Numbered from the stretch's first letter, positions 48,494 through 58,340 are shown. The stretch: 64,000 bases of DNA from an uncultured bacterium (GCA_938028835.1 CALIMJ010000027.1:6959-70958); one strand, 5' to 3'. Program-made: numbers and translations. The notes: a model not told the origin generated them from the letters alone.

Positions 48494-48509
48494 TTAAAAT
48501 CGCCTTAAG
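48494..48509 (-). promoter_or_regulatory. TTAAG-N6-TTAAC direct-repeat site 2
   Basis: Minus strand TTAAGgcgattTTAAC in the divergent gap between PrsW-1 and the regulator. Confidence 0.65.
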
Positions 48510-48533
48510 CACACCGCTGGAGTTCGCGACTCC

Positions 48534-51239
48534 GTGGGCCATGCCCGGTGGATCCTCCGTCGCCGGCTCTTGGAGCGTTTGCCCAAAGAGCCGGGCCACG
48601 TAGTCTGGCTTCGTGCTCCGTACGGGTACGGCAAGACCGTCCTGCTCCAGCAGTGGGCGGACCGGATCAGGGCCTCCGGCTGGCGGGTTCTGTGGGTGAG
48701 CGCCGGCTCGTCCAGCCTCCGCGAACAGCTCGGGCGGATCCTGGGTCTGGGACCTACCCCGAGCGGGAGGGTCCTCCAGGCCCGACTGAGCCAACAGCCC
48801 ACGCTCCTCGTCCTCGACGACGTAACGCCCGCGGAGATTGCCGATCTGCGTCTCCTCCTGGACGGTCTGCTCCTGGGCCTCGCCAGCCGGGCCGACCTCC
48901 CGTGGCCCGAACTCCCCAAAGCTCGAACCCAGGGACGCTTGGTCCTCCTCACTGCGGAGGATCTGCGGTTCACGCTCCAGGAGGTCCAGGAGCTGGTCCG
49001 GGATGACCACAGGGCGTACGAGGTCTGGGAGAGGGCGGGCGGATGGCCCATCGCGGTGCACACCGCAGTGCTGGCGGGAAGCCTGGAGTTCCAAGCTGCC
49101 CTGGTCCGTGGCGTCCGGGATTCCCTGGGCCCGGAGGAGTGGGAGTTCCTCCTCCTGCTGTCCTGCGTTCCGGCTCTCTCTGGCGAGCAGGCAGCAAGGC
49201 CCGTGGAGCGCCTCGTGGAGTCCGGGTTTGCCCAGCGCACGCCCGCAGGGGTTCAGCTCCATGCTCTGTTCGCGGAGGTCCTGCACAGCTCCTACCCGTC
49301 TGAGGTACAGGAGGTGGTGAGGCGCCGTGCGCCCCAGCTGCCCGCCGAGCTGCGGGCCGAGGCCTACCTGCGCTGCGGTCTGTGGGCCGAGCTGGACCAG
49401 CTTCTCGACAGGCCTCAGGCGGTGCATCTGGCGTCCCAGACTCCCTCCGGCGTACTGCGCTGGTGCCGGGCTCTACCGGGCAGGGGAGGGCCCTGGAGGA
49501 GGCTGGCGCACGGCATGGCCCTCTGCCTGGCCGGGCGGTTGAGGGAGGCCTTCGCCCGCCTGGAAACCCTCGCCCGGGATGCGGACTATTCCCATCCCGA
49601 GGTGGCTATCCGGGCGTGGGGCCTGATCGCCTACCACGCTCCGGAAGTGGACCTGCAGCTTGCGCTTCGGGCCGTGGAGGAGGGGTGGCGCCTGGTCGAC
49701 CGGGTAGACCCACGCGCCGCTGCCCGGTTTCTGAACTGGACCCTGTGGTCCCTGTGGAAGGCGCAGCAGCTCGATCGGTTTCAGGCAGCCCTGGAAGACG
49801 CCCGGCGCAGGCTTCCGCCAGACGACCCCTACCTCTTCCACCCGATCGGGTACAACCAGGCCTTCCTCCGCTGGCAGCGGGAGGGCAGCCTGGAACAGTA
49901 CCTCGCCTACAACCGGCGGACCGCGGAGGTGCAAGAGCGGGATCGCTCCCACGACCTGCCCCTGACCCTGCTGCAGACAGGGCGCCTGCTCCTGCTCGTG
50001 GGAGAGCGACAGGAGGCCCTGGCCTGTTTCCGCAAGGCGCAGGTGCGTTCCGGGTGGAACGTCTGGGCCGAGGTGCTGGCAGCCGCTTGGCAGGCGTACG
50101 TGGAGGGCGACCGGCCAGCCTTCCAGCGCCTGTTGAGTCTGCCGGAGACGCAGGAAAACCCCGACCTGGAGGATCAGGTGCGGGGCCTGTGGGCGAGGAC
50201 GCTGCGGGAAGCCGGTGCCCCGCGCGAAGCGCTCGCGGTGGCCCAGCCGGCCCGGGGGTTCTGGACCCGCGTGGAGGCGGCTTTGAGCCTTGCCGCCCTG
50301 GGAAGACGACAGGAAGCCGCAGCCCTGCTTCCCCCGCAGCCCTGGGATCGGGAGGAGCGGGCCGTGTGGCACGCCGCCAGGTTCCGGATCCTGCGCAGGG
50401 AGGAGGACCTGGACGCTCTGGTGGGCCTCACCACCGTTGGCGCTGCGATCCTCCCGGCCCTCATCCCCGTCCGGGAGCTACCGCGCGGTCGGCCCGAATA
50501 CGCGGACGTCTACCCGATCCAGGAGGTTTTCCGGTCAGGCTGGAAGGAGGCCATCCAGCGGCGCGCCGCCGACGTGCCACCCCTGGAGGTAGAACTGCTC
50601 GGCCGGTTCCGCGTGCGGAGACTGGAGGAGGAGGTCGTCCTCCCGCCCACGGCCCGAGCCCTCCTGGCCTTGATGGTGCTGGGGTACGCACCGGAGGAGG
50701 CGGCGGAACACCTGTGGCCGGAGGCTGACCTTGAACGGGCCCGGAACAACCTGCACGTCCAGATGCACCACCTGCGCCGGGCCCTGCAACCGTGGGGCGT
50801 TCCCACTTATCTGACGTCCGACGGGCTTCGCAACGCGCGGGTGGATCTCTGGAGCCTCGAGGCAGCGCTGGAGCGAGGGGACGCCGACGAGGTGCTGCGG
50901 CTGTACCGGGAGCCGGTGGCTGCCGGGGTGGACCTTCCAGCGGTGGATCAGGTCCGGCACGTGCTCCACCGCCGCGTGGTGGACTTCCTGTTTTCACGGG
51001 GACGCGAGGCCCCGCCGGAGCGGGGAATTCTTCTGCTGGAGCGGGTACTGGAGCTGGAGCCCCTGCACGAGCCGGCCCTTCGGGCCCTGCTCACACACCT
51101 CGGCGCTGTCGGCCAGCCGGGCAGGGCCCTGGAACTGTACCGGTCGTTCGTTCACCGCCTGAAGGAGGACCTGGGGCTTGACCCTCTCCCGGAGACCCAG
51201 GCCCTCTGCAGAGAACTTCTCCCCTCCATCTCCGCCTAG
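48534..51239 (+). CDS. Large MalT-like ATPase-TPR regulator with C-terminal wHTH/BTAD (SARP-like) region
   Basis: APYGYGKT, LVLDD, DLRFT..E, GGWP; C-terminal LLG.F, LWPE..RNNL....LRRAL, LEPLHE, L..DLG.DP.PET. Confidence 0.85.
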   Translation: MGHARWILRRRLLERLPKEPGHVVWLRAPYGYGKTVLLQQWADRIRASGWRVLWVSAGSSSLREQLGRILGLGPTPSGRVLQARLSQQPTLLVLDDVTPAEIADLRLLLDGLLLGLASRADLPWPELPKARTQGRLVLLTAEDLRFTLQEVQELVRDDHRAYEVWERAGGWPIAVHTAVLAGSLEFQAALVRGVRDSLGPEEWEFLLLLSCVPALSGEQAARPVERLVESGFAQRTPAGVQLHALFAEVLHSSYPSEVQEVVRRRAPQLPAELRAEAYLRCGLWAELDQLLDRPQAVHLASQTPSGVLRWCRALPGRGGPWRRLAHGMALCLAGRLREAFARLETLARDADYSHPEVAIRAWGLIAYHAPEVDLQLALRAVEEGWRLVDRVDPRAAARFLNWTLWSLWKAQQLDRFQAALEDARRRLPPDDPYLFHPIGYNQAFLRWQREGSLEQYLAYNRRTAEVQERDRSHDLPLTLLQTGRLLLLVGERQEALACFRKAQVRSGWNVWAEVLAAAWQAYVEGDRPAFQRLLSLPETQENPDLEDQVRGLWARTLREAGAPREALAVAQPARGFWTRVEAALSLAALGRRQEAAALLPPQPWDREERAVWHAARFRILRREEDLDALVGLTTVGAAILPALIPVRELPRGRPEYADVYPIQEVFRSGWKEAIQRRAADVPPLEVELLGRFRVRRLEEEVVLPPTARALLALMVLGYAPEEAAEHLWPEADLERARNNLHVQMHHLRRALQPWGVPTYLTSDGLRNARVDLWSLEAALERGDADEVLRLYREPVAAGVDLPAVDQVRHVLHRRVVDFLFSRGREAPPERGILLLERVLELEPLHEPALRALLTHLGAVGQPGRALELYRSFVHRLKEDLGLDPLPETQALCRELLPSISA

Positions 51240-51261
51240 AGACCCCTCCGTACGGGGGAGT

Positions 51262-51277
51262 TTAAGCGGGCTTTAAG
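51262..51277 (+). promoter_or_regulatory. TTAAG-N6-TTAAG direct-repeat site 3
   Basis: TTAAGcgggctTTAAG upstream of the 51322-57672 operon. Confidence 0.75.
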
Positions 51278-51321
51278 CCCGCCGGTGCTACCCAAAGGCA
51301 AAAGCGACCCGAGGGTGGCCG

Positions 51322-51672
51322 ATGGAGCGTCCTGAGGCGGATCTGACCCCCACCCAGCGGTGGGTGGCCATTGGCGGGTGGTGGGTTTGGTTTGTGGCCC
51401 TTGCGGGGCTGCTCCTGCGTCCCCCGAACCCCTTCCTGCGCAAACACGCCATCTGGGCCATCGGGTGGGGGCTTGGTCTGGCGGTGGTGTTCGGCGGGTT
51501 CCCGCTGTTCCTGCTGATGGTAGCCGCGGCCGTCCGCAGCGAGGCGGTGAGGGCGATCGCCACCCTCGGAGGGCTGGGCTGGAGTTCTCTGGGATTCCTG
51601 GTTTGGGTGGCCGGTGGGGTGGTGAACACCCTGGCCGTGCTGCAGGGCAAGGGGCCGTGGATGAAGATGTGA
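51322..51672 (+). CDS. Small 3-TM protein (DUF4870-like)
   Basis: NPFLRKHA..A followed by two TMs ending in QGK. Confidence 0.6.
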   Translation: MERPEADLTPTQRWVAIGGWWVWFVALAGLLLRPPNPFLRKHAIWAIGWGLGLAVVFGGFPLFLLMVAAAVRSEAVRAIATLGGLGWSSLGFLVWVAGGVVNTLAVLQGKGPWMKM

Positions 51673-51688
51673 AGCTCAGGCGGAGGGA

Positions 51689-52753
51689 GTGAAGAACATG
51701 GGATCCGTGCTAACCGTACCACCCCGCCCGTATTCACCGTGGCCTATCGAGAAGTCTCCACCCCCCGACGCGGTGACCACGGGTGCTGCCCTGGGCGGCT
51801 CGGACATCGTCGTGGGGGCGCTGATCGTCCTGCTCCTGACAGCCCTCTACGTGGTGGCCCTGTACTGGGTGGACCGGCACGAAAAGGAGCCCGGCAGCGT
51901 GCTGGCGGCCGCCCTGCTGGGCGGGGCGGTGGCAGCTCCCGTGCTGACGGTGCTGGTGGAGCGGCTCGCGGGCATCCGCATGTCCGTGTACCCCGCGGCC
52001 TTCCACGCCCTCAACGCTGCCTTCTTCGGCGGGCCCAACCCCGCGGGAGCGTTCGTCGAGGAGGGCGCGAAGGCGCTGGTGCTCCTCCTGCTGTTCCGGG
52101 CTCTTCCGCGGGAGTTCGACGGGGTCCTGGACGGCGTGGTGTACGGCGGGGTGGTGGGGGCGGGCTTCGCTCTGGCGGAGTCCGCGGTGTACCTGTGGGA
52201 CTTGGCCCGGGCCGGCAGTTTCGCGGGCGTGGGGACAGGGCTGTTCTTCGGGGTCCTCGTGACCGGGCTCACCCACTGCGCGTTCAGCGCCGTCTTCGGC
52301 GCGTCCCTGGGCGCGGTGCGGGAGTTCGGGCTTGAGGGCTCCTCCGCGTGGTGGCTGCCTGTGGGAGGGTTCTTTGCCGCAGCCCTCTACCACGCTGCCT
52401 ACGACGCTCTGGCAGCCCTGCGGGTTTCCGGGATGGGGCCTGCGGGGCTGGTGTCGCTCGCCCGCACGGTGGCGGACTGGCTGGGTGTGATGGTGCTCGC
52501 GGTGACGATCCTCTGGGCGCTCCGTCGGGAACGGGAGATCTTCCGCTCGTACCTGCCTGCTGAGGCGGCGGAGGGCCACGTGCCCCGCGAGTACGTGGAC
52601 GCCGCGGTGCAGGGACGGTGGGGATCCATCCCTAAGGTGGTGCGGCAGCCGCTCGCGGAGCTGGCGTTCGCCCGCCGCAGGCTGGAACGGGGCCTCGCAA
52701 ACGAGGCGGAGCTGGAGCTGTATCGGAACCGGATCCGGGAGGCCACGCGATGA
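51689..52753 (+). CDS. PrsW-family intramembrane protease paralog 2
   Basis: DRHEKEP, VEEGAK, DGVVYG, FALAES, THC, YHAAYD. Confidence 0.87.
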   Translation: MKNMGSVLTVPPRPYSPWPIEKSPPPDAVTTGAALGGSDIVVGALIVLLLTALYVVALYWVDRHEKEPGSVLAAALLGGAVAAPVLTVLVERLAGIRMSVYPAAFHALNAAFFGGPNPAGAFVEEGAKALVLLLLFRALPREFDGVLDGVVYGGVVGAGFALAESAVYLWDLARAGSFAGVGTGLFFGVLVTGLTHCAFSAVFGASLGAVREFGLEGSSAWWLPVGGFFAAALYHAAYDALAALRVSGMGPAGLVSLARTVADWLGVMVLAVTILWALRREREIFRSYLPAEAAEGHVPREYVDAAVQGRWGSIPKVVRQPLAELAFARRRLERGLANEAELELYRNRIREATR

Positions 52754-53442
52754 ACCGGAACCTACTCCTCGGCGGGGGGCTTGGATGCGGGTGTCTCACC
52801 CTGCTGGCCGTGGTGGCACTGGTCGCGGGGTACCTGGCTTTCGGACGGCCCAGGCCTGCGGCAGCCCCGCCCCCACCTCCGCCGGGTCCGGCTCAACCTG
52901 CGCCCGGCCCGGCCCAGCCCGCGCCGCCACCTGGACCGGCCCAGCCTGCCCCGCCGGGCCAGCCGGCGCCGGCCCAGCCCGCGCCGCCAGCGGGACCGAC
53001 TCAGCCGGCGCCGGCCCAGCCCGCGCCACCACCGGGGCCGCAAGCGGCAGGTTGCCCCCAGGCCCTGCCGCAGGGGCCGGAGGCCCTGGGCAGGGGGATG
53101 TGCCCCCAACAGGTGCCGGGTGTCGAGGTGACTTTTGGGTTCACCGCCCGACCGGGCCCCGACGGTCAACCCGGGGAGCCTACGGGTACCTTCCGGGTCG
53201 GCGAGACCGTGGGGGTGTACTTTGAGGTGACACGCCTGGAGAGCCCGTTGGTCATGGTCTTCGTCCGCGTGGAGTCCCAGGACCGTGTGTTCCCGGTGGG
53301 ACAGCCGCAGCCTCTGGACCGTCCCGGCCGGCACGCGGTCTCTCTGAACACCCAGGGGGGGAGTCCGGGCCTGCACGCCTTCGCGCTCGCGTCGCCGCAA
53401 TCGCAGGCGCTGGCGTTCGTGGTGCCGTTCCTGCTGCAGTAG
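52750..53442 (+). CDS. Membrane-anchored Pro-rich protein with C-terminal beta-rich domain
   Basis: GCGCL + TM, PAQPAP repeats, CPQALP..CPQQV domain; paralog of 57801. Confidence 0.75.
   Translation: MNRNLLLGGGLGCGCLTLLAVVALVAGYLAFGRPRPAAAPPPPPPGPAQPAPGPAQPAPPPGPAQPAPPGQPAPAQPAPPAGPTQPAPAQPAPPPGPQAAGCPQALPQGPEALGRGMCPQQVPGVEVTFGFTARPGPDGQPGEPTGTFRVGETVGVYFEVTRLESPLVMVFVRVESQDRVFPVGQPQPLDRPGRHAVSLNTQGGSPGLHAFALASPQSQALAFVVPFLLQ
52861..53040 (+). repeat. Coding tandem repeats (PAQPAP linker)
   Basis: About six imperfect CCGGCCCAGCCCGCGCCG units. Confidence 0.7.
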
Positions 53443-53467
53443 GGGGCTCAGCACGTCGATCTCCGGG

Positions 53468-54616
53468 ATGCGAGGGCTTGGTACCGACAGCTTCCTGAAG
53501 GCCGCGGCCCTGATGGCGGCCGGTCTTTTCCTGTTCCTGCTCGCCCTGGTCCAGATGGTCCTCTTCTACCGAGCGGCCGGGGGATTCGGGCAGTTCCTCG
53601 TGGCCAGCCTCGCCGCGGTGTCCGTGCTGCCCTTCTACACCGGGCTCATCCTGCTCCTGGACCGCCACGAGAAGGAGCCGGGTTGGCTGCTCCTGGGCGC
53701 GCTCCTGTGGGGCGGAGTGGTGGCCACGTTCTTGAGCCTCTGGCTGAACACAGCGGGCGGCTGGATCCTGCGGGCGCTGGCGGGACCCCAGCTGGGCAGC
53801 CGGCTCACCCCGCCTCTGGTCGCTCCGCCCGTGGAGGAGACCAGCAAGGGGCTCGCCGTCCTGCTCATCTTCCTGCTCTGGCGTCGGGAGTTCACCAACA
53901 CCGTGGACGGGCTGGTCTACGGGGCCCTCACAGGCCTCGGGTTTGCCGTCACGGAGAACATCCTGTACTTCGCCCGCTTCGTACGTGAGGGCGGCCTGGC
54001 GGGCCTCACCGTGGGGTTCGTGATCCGCGCGGTGCTGGGCGGCCTTTCCCACTCCGTCTACACCGCGTGTACGGGCGCCGGCCTCGGCTACGCCCGGGAG
54101 GCGAAGGGAGCGGCTCGTTTCGTGGCCCCGGTGGTCGGCTACTTCTGCGCGATGTTCCTGCACTTCCTGTGGAACTTCTCCGCATCCTTCATCCTCCCCG
54201 CGGTGGCGAGGTCCGCGGGATCTGTCGCCTTGCTTCTCCTGCCCGTGATGTCGTTCCTCCTGGAGGGAATCCCGCTGGTTCTCCTGTTGGTCATCGCGTA
54301 CTTCGCCTGGAAGCGGGAGGTCCTGGCCATCCGGGAGGGCCTGGCGGGAGAAGTGGAGGCCGGGAGGCTGACACCCGAGGACGTGGAGTTGCTCACGCGT
54401 CCCCGGTCCCGAGGGCGCAGGCTGTGGGCCGTGCTGACCTCCAAGGGGCCGCTCGCCTGGAACCTCCTGCGGCAGCTTTACGACACGCGGGTGGACCTCG
54501 CCTTTGCCCTGTGGCGCGCGAAGCAGGGGGAACCCGCCGCCCCAGACGTGGAGGCCCTCCGCCAGCGCCTTTCAGCTCTGGAACGGCGGGCGCGGGAGCT
54601 GGGTGTGCTGACGTGA
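53468..54616 (+). CDS. PrsW-family intramembrane protease paralog 3
   Basis: DRHEKEP, PPVEETSK, FAVTEN, SHSVYT, LHFLWN. Confidence 0.9.
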   Translation: MRGLGTDSFLKAAALMAAGLFLFLLALVQMVLFYRAAGGFGQFLVASLAAVSVLPFYTGLILLLDRHEKEPGWLLLGALLWGGVVATFLSLWLNTAGGWILRALAGPQLGSRLTPPLVAPPVEETSKGLAVLLIFLLWRREFTNTVDGLVYGALTGLGFAVTENILYFARFVREGGLAGLTVGFVIRAVLGGLSHSVYTACTGAGLGYAREAKGAARFVAPVVGYFCAMFLHFLWNFSASFILPAVARSAGSVALLLLPVMSFLLEGIPLVLLLVIAYFAWKREVLAIREGLAGEVEAGRLTPEDVELLTRPRSRGRRLWAVLTSKGPLAWNLLRQLYDTRVDLAFALWRAKQGEPAAPDVEALRQRLSALERRARELGVLT

Positions 54617-55440
54617 GGCCCGCGGCGACCGGCGAGGCCGGGGTGACCGCCTGGGCGGTGGTGGTCCTCCTAGCCGCTGCGGCAATCGGGTTCCTGTTCC
54701 TCCTGGGTGTGGGTGGGGTCGTATGGTATCTGGCGTCCCAGCGGCCTGCGTCGCAGCCCCCCGCCGGGCCGCCTGCTTCGACACCCGCGCCGCCTGCACC
54801 GCAGCCACCTCCGGCTGCCCCAACGGCTCCAGGGCCTGTTCCCCAGCCGGCACAGCCCCCGCAGCCTCCGCCCGGCGCGCCCCAGTGGCCTTCGTCCGGG
54901 GCTCCGGCCCCCGCGCAGGTGTCGTACGACACGTACTTGGATCCGGAGGGTGAGTTCTGCGTCAAGTACCCGGTGGGGTGGCAGGTCCTGACCCACGGGG
55001 TCCCGGGCGTGTTGTTCACACCCCGGGGCGAGGATCCCCGGGAGGGTGCTAGCGCGGTGTTCACGCGCATGCTGGGCGTCACGGGACGTGTGATCCCCGC
55101 CCGACAGGATCTCGAACATCATCTTGAGGCCATGCGCAGGCGGTACCCGGACCTGCGGATCGTCTCCTTCTCGGTGGAACCCATGCCCCAGGAGAGCGAG
55201 CGGGCGTTCGTGGAGGCCACGTGGACGAACCTCCGCCGGGAACCCATGCAGGCCGTGCTGCTGGGACGGTACCTCCACTCCCGCGTGGCAAACTTCACCA
55301 TGAAGCAGTGGCGGGTGTTCCAGGCACAGCAGGTGGCCTGGAGGAGCCTGGAGCCCGTGTTCATGGCCATGGCGCGTTCCTACACGCCCCTGCCGCGGAA
55401 CCGGGCGCCCTCCGAGGCGGACACCGCCCCCTGCCGGTAG
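54613..55440 (+). CDS. Membrane-anchored Pro-rich protein with PsbP/DcrB-like domain
   Basis: TM, Pro-rich linker, YLDPEGEFCVKYPVGWQV. Confidence 0.7.
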   Translation: MRPAATGEAGVTAWAVVVLLAAAAIGFLFLLGVGGVVWYLASQRPASQPPAGPPASTPAPPAPQPPPAAPTAPGPVPQPAQPPQPPPGAPQWPSSGAPAPAQVSYDTYLDPEGEFCVKYPVGWQVLTHGVPGVLFTPRGEDPREGASAVFTRMLGVTGRVIPARQDLEHHLEAMRRRYPDLRIVSFSVEPMPQESERAFVEATWTNLRREPMQAVLLGRYLHSRVANFTMKQWRVFQAQQVAWRSLEPVFMAMARSYTPLPRNRAPSEADTAPCR

Positions 55441-55450
55441 GGAGGTTCGC

Positions 55451-55987
55451 GTGGCGTACCTACTGGCGGCCCTGCTTTTGCTCGCTCCGGTCCCGCCCGG
55501 CTCGGACTGGGTCCTGTACTTCGACCCTTCCGGCCGCTTCTCCATGAGCTACCCGAGGGGGTGGCAGGTACGGGAGGATCCCGTAGAGGGGTCGGTGGCC
55601 TTCGTGCGGGACAGCCTGGAGGAGGGCACCTCCTTCTCCGTTTTCCCCCGCCGCTTTGTGCAGGGAGACCCCGGGCCGGAGGCCACCGCCCGGGAGGTCC
55701 TCACGACGTTCGCGGGACTGGGCCAGTACCCGAATCTGCGTGTCCGCCAGCGCGTGGAACACCTCGGGTCCGGAATCTACTCGGTGCGGGGCGAGGCGCG
55801 GTGGACGAGCGCGTCCGGGCAGGCCCTGCGGGCCGTGTTCGTGTGCGTCCTGGCCCGCCCACCCGTGCACGGCTTCGACACCCAGGTCTTCTACCTGCTG
55901 CTGGGTCGGGCACCGGACCGGGAGTGGAGTCGGTGGGAGGCTACCCTTACACGGATGCTGCGGGAGTTCCGCTGGCTGGGAGGTTAG
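55451..55987 (+). CDS. Exported PsbP/DcrB-like protein
   Basis: Short hydrophobic N-terminus, YFDPSGRFSMSYPRGWQV; GGAGG RBS. Confidence 0.7.
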   Translation: MAYLLAALLLLAPVPPGSDWVLYFDPSGRFSMSYPRGWQVREDPVEGSVAFVRDSLEEGTSFSVFPRRFVQGDPGPEATAREVLTTFAGLGQYPNLRVRQRVEHLGSGIYSVRGEARWTSASGQALRAVFVCVLARPPVHGFDTQVFYLLLGRAPDREWSRWEATLTRMLREFRWLGG

Positions 55988-55990
55988 CAG

Positions 55991-57142
55991 GTGACAACCC
56001 TCGGAGTGAATCGTCTGGACACCGCTTACCGCCTGTTGCCCGTGGGTGTGTTGTCCTCCTTGATTGTCATGGGGCTACTCGTGCTCGCGCTCCTCCTGGG
56101 CAGTACCGGGGGGATCGTGCCGTTCGCCCTGGGACTGCTGTTCTCGGTCCTCCCGGTCCCCGCCTACGTGGCCTTCCTGCTGTGGCTGGACCGTCACGAG
56201 AAGGAGCCCGGGTGGCTGCTGCTGGCTGCCTTCCTGTGGGGGTCCACGGTTTCCATCCTGGCCGCGTTCGTGTTCAACGGGATGGGGCAGTTTCTGCTGC
56301 AGTTGCTGTTCGGGCCCCAGTGGGCTCTCCGGGTCACCATGGGGCTCGTGGCTCCCGTGGTGGAGGAGACGGCCAAGGCCGTGGGGGTCCTGGGAATCGC
56401 GCTGCTGATGCGCGGGGAGTTCGACAACCTGACCGACGGCCTGGTGTACGGGGCGCTGGTGGGTCTGGGGTTCGGGGTGGCCGAGAACGTGCTCTACCTG
56501 GGCCGGGCTTTTGCCGCGGGCGGGTTCGCGGGCCTCGCGATGCTTTTCCTCCTGCGCGTCCTGCTGCTGGGGCTGATGCACTCGGTCTGGACGGGTTGCA
56601 CGGGCGCCGGGCTGGGCTACGGGCGCGAGCGGGGCGGGGCGGCCCGTTTCGTCGCACCGGTGGCGGGCTACGTCTGCGCCATCGCCCTCCACGCCCTGTG
56701 GAACTCCACCAACATCGGCCTCGATGTCGCTGCAGGCACGGGGGCGGGGCGCCTCTTCCTGGTGCCCGTGACCTTCGGCGTCCTCCTCCTGCCGCCCATG
56801 GCGGTGCTGGGGGTGCTGGCTTTCGTCGCGGGACGGCGAGAGCAGCAACTCATCCGCACCCGGCTCGTTGACCTGGTGGCGGCGGGGTGGATCACGCAGG
56901 AGGAGTTGCAGGCGGTGGCTACCGTCTCGACCAAGGGGCGCCGGCTGTGGGAGGCACTGGCGCGTAGGGGTCCGGGGGGCTGGCTGACCCTGCGGCAGTA
57001 CTACGACGCCCTCGCGGAACTGGCGTTCGTCCGGTGGCGCCTGGAGCGCGGCAGGCCCGGCGGCACTCCGGAGGAAACCCTGAAGGCTCGGATCGCCGAA
57101 CTCCGGTCGCGCCTGGACAGCCTGGGGATCGCCTACACGTGA
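55991..57142 (+). CDS. PrsW-family intramembrane protease paralog 4
   Basis: DRHEKEP, PVVEETAK, FGVAEN, MHSVWT, LHALWN. Confidence 0.9.
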   Translation: MTTLGVNRLDTAYRLLPVGVLSSLIVMGLLVLALLLGSTGGIVPFALGLLFSVLPVPAYVAFLLWLDRHEKEPGWLLLAAFLWGSTVSILAAFVFNGMGQFLLQLLFGPQWALRVTMGLVAPVVEETAKAVGVLGIALLMRGEFDNLTDGLVYGALVGLGFGVAENVLYLGRAFAAGGFAGLAMLFLLRVLLLGLMHSVWTGCTGAGLGYGRERGGAARFVAPVAGYVCAIALHALWNSTNIGLDVAAGTGAGRLFLVPVTFGVLLLPPMAVLGVLAFVAGRREQQLIRTRLVDLVAAGWITQEELQAVATVSTKGRRLWEALARRGPGGWLTLRQYYDALAELAFVRWRLERGRPGGTPEETLKARIAELRSRLDSLGIAYT

Positions 57143-57672
57143 CCGGTGGACCGACGGTGGCTGTGGTCGTCTTGCTGCTCGCCGGCGCCGCGCAGACAGC
57201 TGCGGTGCGCCTGCAGCCCTACGCCGACGCGGAGGGTTCCTTCCGCATCCTTCGGCCGGTCGGCTGGAGGGTCCACCGGGCCCTGGACGTGGGGATGGTG
57301 GTCTTCTACCGGGACGACCCCTTCCGGGGAGCGCGCTTTGTCGTGCTCCCCGAGCTGCCGGTCCGCGGCCGGCTCACAGTCCCCCAGGCAGCACGGATCC
57401 TTCTGGTGGAATTCCTCCCCGTTGGGAAGCAGCCAGCCTTCCGCTGGCACCTGACCCGTGAGGACGCAGAGCGAGGGGAAGGGGAAGCGCGCTGGCGGGA
57501 AACGTCCTCCAATACGCGGATGCTGTTCTGGCTGCGCATCCTCTACGGAGGAAGCGACGTGACGGGGCTGGAGCTCCTCGCCGGGCTGGCCCCGGAGGCG
57601 GAGTTCCGCCCCCTGCTCTCTTTGTTCCGCGCAATGCGGGCCTCCTACACTTCGGGGCGAGCACGCAGGTGA
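57139..57672 (+). CDS. Exported PsbP/DcrB-like protein
   Basis: Hydrophobic N-terminus, YADAEGSFRILRPVGWRV; GTG start overlaps the PrsW-4 stop. Confidence 0.65.
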   Translation: MTGGPTVAVVVLLLAGAAQTAAVRLQPYADAEGSFRILRPVGWRVHRALDVGMVVFYRDDPFRGARFVVLPELPVRGRLTVPQAARILLVEFLPVGKQPAFRWHLTREDAERGEGEARWRETSSNTRMLFWLRILYGGSDVTGLELLAGLAPEAEFRPLLSLFRAMRASYTSGRARR

Positions 57673-57754
57673 CACCCCGCCCGGCGAAGGGCGGCTGCCT
57701 GATTGGGGTGGGCGGGGTGCGGCGGGCCTTTTTCCTGGCGGCGAAGGGTTGGCT

Positions 57755-57770
57755 TTAAGCCTGGCTTAAG
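57755..57770 (+). promoter_or_regulatory. TTAAG-N6-TTAAG direct-repeat site 4
   Basis: TTAAGcctggcTTAAG upstream of 57801. Confidence 0.75.
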
Positions 57771-57800
57771 CGCCCTCCCTGCAGGCTTTGCGGTAGAGCG

Positions 57801-58340
57801 ATGGTCTCCCGACCTTTTTGGGGGTGCGTCGGTTGCGGCTGTCTTACGGTAGCCGGGTTGGGTGTGCTGGCTGCTGTGGCGATCGTGGTCCTAGGCTTTT
57901 CCTTCAGCCGACCCGGCCCGCTGACGGGGAGGTGCCCGCAGGCGCTACCCGAGAGTCCGGAAGCCCTCGGCCGGGCCACCTGCCCCCAGCAGGTGTCCGG
58001 CGTGGAGGTGAATGACGCGTATACGTTCCGGCCCGGCGGATCCCGCACACCCACGGGGACTTTCCGGGCTGGTGAGGACCAGAGCGTGGGCGTGTACTTC
58101 GACCTCACCCTCCGCGACTATTTTGGCCAGCTGGACGGGCTCGTGGTGCAGATCAGGCCCCAGGGCAGCGTGGTCCCGGTGAGCCGCCGGGAGCCGGCGG
58201 TGAAAGGCGGGGGCGGATCACAACGCACAAAAAAATTGGCTCGATACACCGGCAACTTCCCGCAGGGGTTGTACGGCTTCCAGCTCGTGGAGCCAGGGTC
58301 GGACAGAGTGCCGTTGAGGATCCTGTTCAGGTTCGAGTAG
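57801..58340 (+). CDS. Membrane-anchored protein, paralog of 52750 without the Pro linker
   Basis: GCVGCGCL + TM, CPQALPESPEALGRATCPQQVSGVEV, PTGTFR.GE..VGVYF. Confidence 0.75.
   Translation: MVSRPFWGCVGCGCLTVAGLGVLAAVAIVVLGFSFSRPGPLTGRCPQALPESPEALGRATCPQQVSGVEVNDAYTFRPGGSRTPTGTFRAGEDQSVGVYFDLTLRDYFGQLDGLVVQIRPQGSVVPVSRREPAVKGGGGSQRTKKLARYTGNFPQGLYGFQLVEPGSDRVPLRILFRFE

Noticed and set aside
48459-49427. Long N-terminal extension of PrsW paralog 1
   Set aside because: Antisense to the regulator and spans motif site 2; a start near 48458 is more plausible
52861-53040. CRISPR-like or noncoding repeat array
   Set aside because: In-frame imperfect repeats encoding a Pro-rich linker; no spacers or cas genes. 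No CRISPR array was seen in the window
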